A stretch of DNA of 64,000 bases from Ascidiella aspersa (taxonomy: Eukaryota), in the NCBI GenBank assembly GCA_963924565.1, contig OZ004613.1, positions 27,404,001-27,468,000 on the forward strand, read 5' to 3'. This document shows, in pieces, positions 62,831-64,000 of the stretch (the first letter of the stretch is position 1; each line of letters opens with the position of its first letter). The notes beneath the pieces are model-generated. The model did no database searches. It worked only from the letters and a program-made list of their open reading frames with translations, and was not told the DNA's origin. The translations under genes and the position numbers were made by a program.

Positions 62831-64000
62831 GTGATTTAAGGATCTTGAATATAGGATAAAGGCTAGCCAGGGTGAAAACATTAATTGTTATGTTAAACTA
62901 TATTGACATATTTGAAGATATCGCTGTTTAACATAAAGTGCATTTTCTATAACCAATCGAGACACCTTACAGTCTTACACCCATTCTTGTTAAGTGACCA
63001 TAAAGTACATATGCCCAGGTATATTGAATATTTAAAAGTGTCCTATATAGCCTGGTAGCGGCATCGAAACTGGACTTGGGCCTGGGGAGGGGACAGAGGA
63101 TTTGAACTCGGGACTCCAGTAAGACTAATGCACTTGAGTCTGTATATTTCAACAGGGAAAACATGACCACCGTGCTATCTGACTCCACTAAATCGAAACT
63201 AAAACAAACTGCCATTGAAATTTAAAGAGCATACTGTCAGGTCGCTTATAGATTTATTGTACATTCACATAATTTAGCATATTTCGCTTTCAATAAAAGA
63301 GGTTACAGCGCAGTAAAAACACGTGTTGCCAGTAAGGCGTGCATTGTTGACTGTCGTTTTGTAGAATTCGGATACAACTAACGTTGCAGTAAAAGGGAAT
63401 GCGTTGGGGATTAAAACTAGCCAGTTAACGAGCAGGATGCAGGGAACAGGAAATACGCCAGAAAGACTTTAGCAGACTTTTAGCACACGTACAACAAACA
63501 CAGTACGGCAAATAACTAATACAGACGCTGGTTCGCTACAAGTCTTACGTGCGCTTTCTTAGTAGCAAGTTCGGAACCGACAAGGCCGCACACTGTAAAT
63601 CGTAAACGTGGGATTGTATACAGGGTGTGATATTTTCCCCCTGGTGGGTTTGGTGTATGACACTCCATTATGTGAATTGCCGTGAAATCAGCCCTATTTT
63701 CAGGTGGATAGATAATAACAGGACTAAAAATTGGGGCACGGAACTCAATAAGTCGGTTAATTTGTTTGAGTCAGACTCGACTTTATTTTTTCGCATTTTT
63801 TCATTTTGTTTTTTGTTTTTTTTGTTTTAAATCGTCTCAGCAGCCCTGTCCACTACCATTACATGGCTTGTATTAATGGGTGTATAGTTTCAATACATTT
63901 TTCTAATGGACTCTTCGATGGCTTATGTAAAGATAGATTAACACAAATAGATCCTTGCACGTGTTTCCTTATTGCTTTTATCTAAACGGGTCTCGTGACT

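Overview
AT-rich eukaryotic genomic DNA with short GT-AG introns. It is an invertebrate animal, possibly an ascidian, but the taxon cannot be fixed from the sequence. The ORF track shows only fragments; splicing the exons by hand gives a cluster of modular cell-surface genes. (1) Single-LCCL-domain type I membrane proteins with an S/T stalk and an acidic tail of repeated VxNxxY/NPxY motifs: one at 2048-5972 (+) and three tandem copies on (-). (2) Single SUEL/rhamnose-binding-lectin (RBL) type I membrane proteins with a juxtamembrane CxxC and a docking tail (YxxP, YxxM, VxYxxI, YxN): three intact copies. (3) A GPI-anchored 2xCUB protein (9568-15624, -) with a CUB-less mirror gene created by an ~0.8 kb inverted duplication. 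(4) A divergent LCCL gene with an unresolved 3' end, two orphan CUB exons, and one further leader exon at 62764. Bases 24317-62011 are three tandem ~12.2-12.9 kb units, each holding one RBL gene and one LCCL gene. The RBL copies differ mostly in one inter-cysteine loop and in the sugar-binding motifs. The LCCL copies read as one full receptor, one doubly frameshifted copy and one predicted secreted form. The array breakpoint lies inside a transposon terminal repeat. Introns and spacers contain hAT-type MITEs with 8-bp TSDs, foldback MITEs and tRNA-derived SINEs. All gene models are manual and need RNA-seq confirmation.
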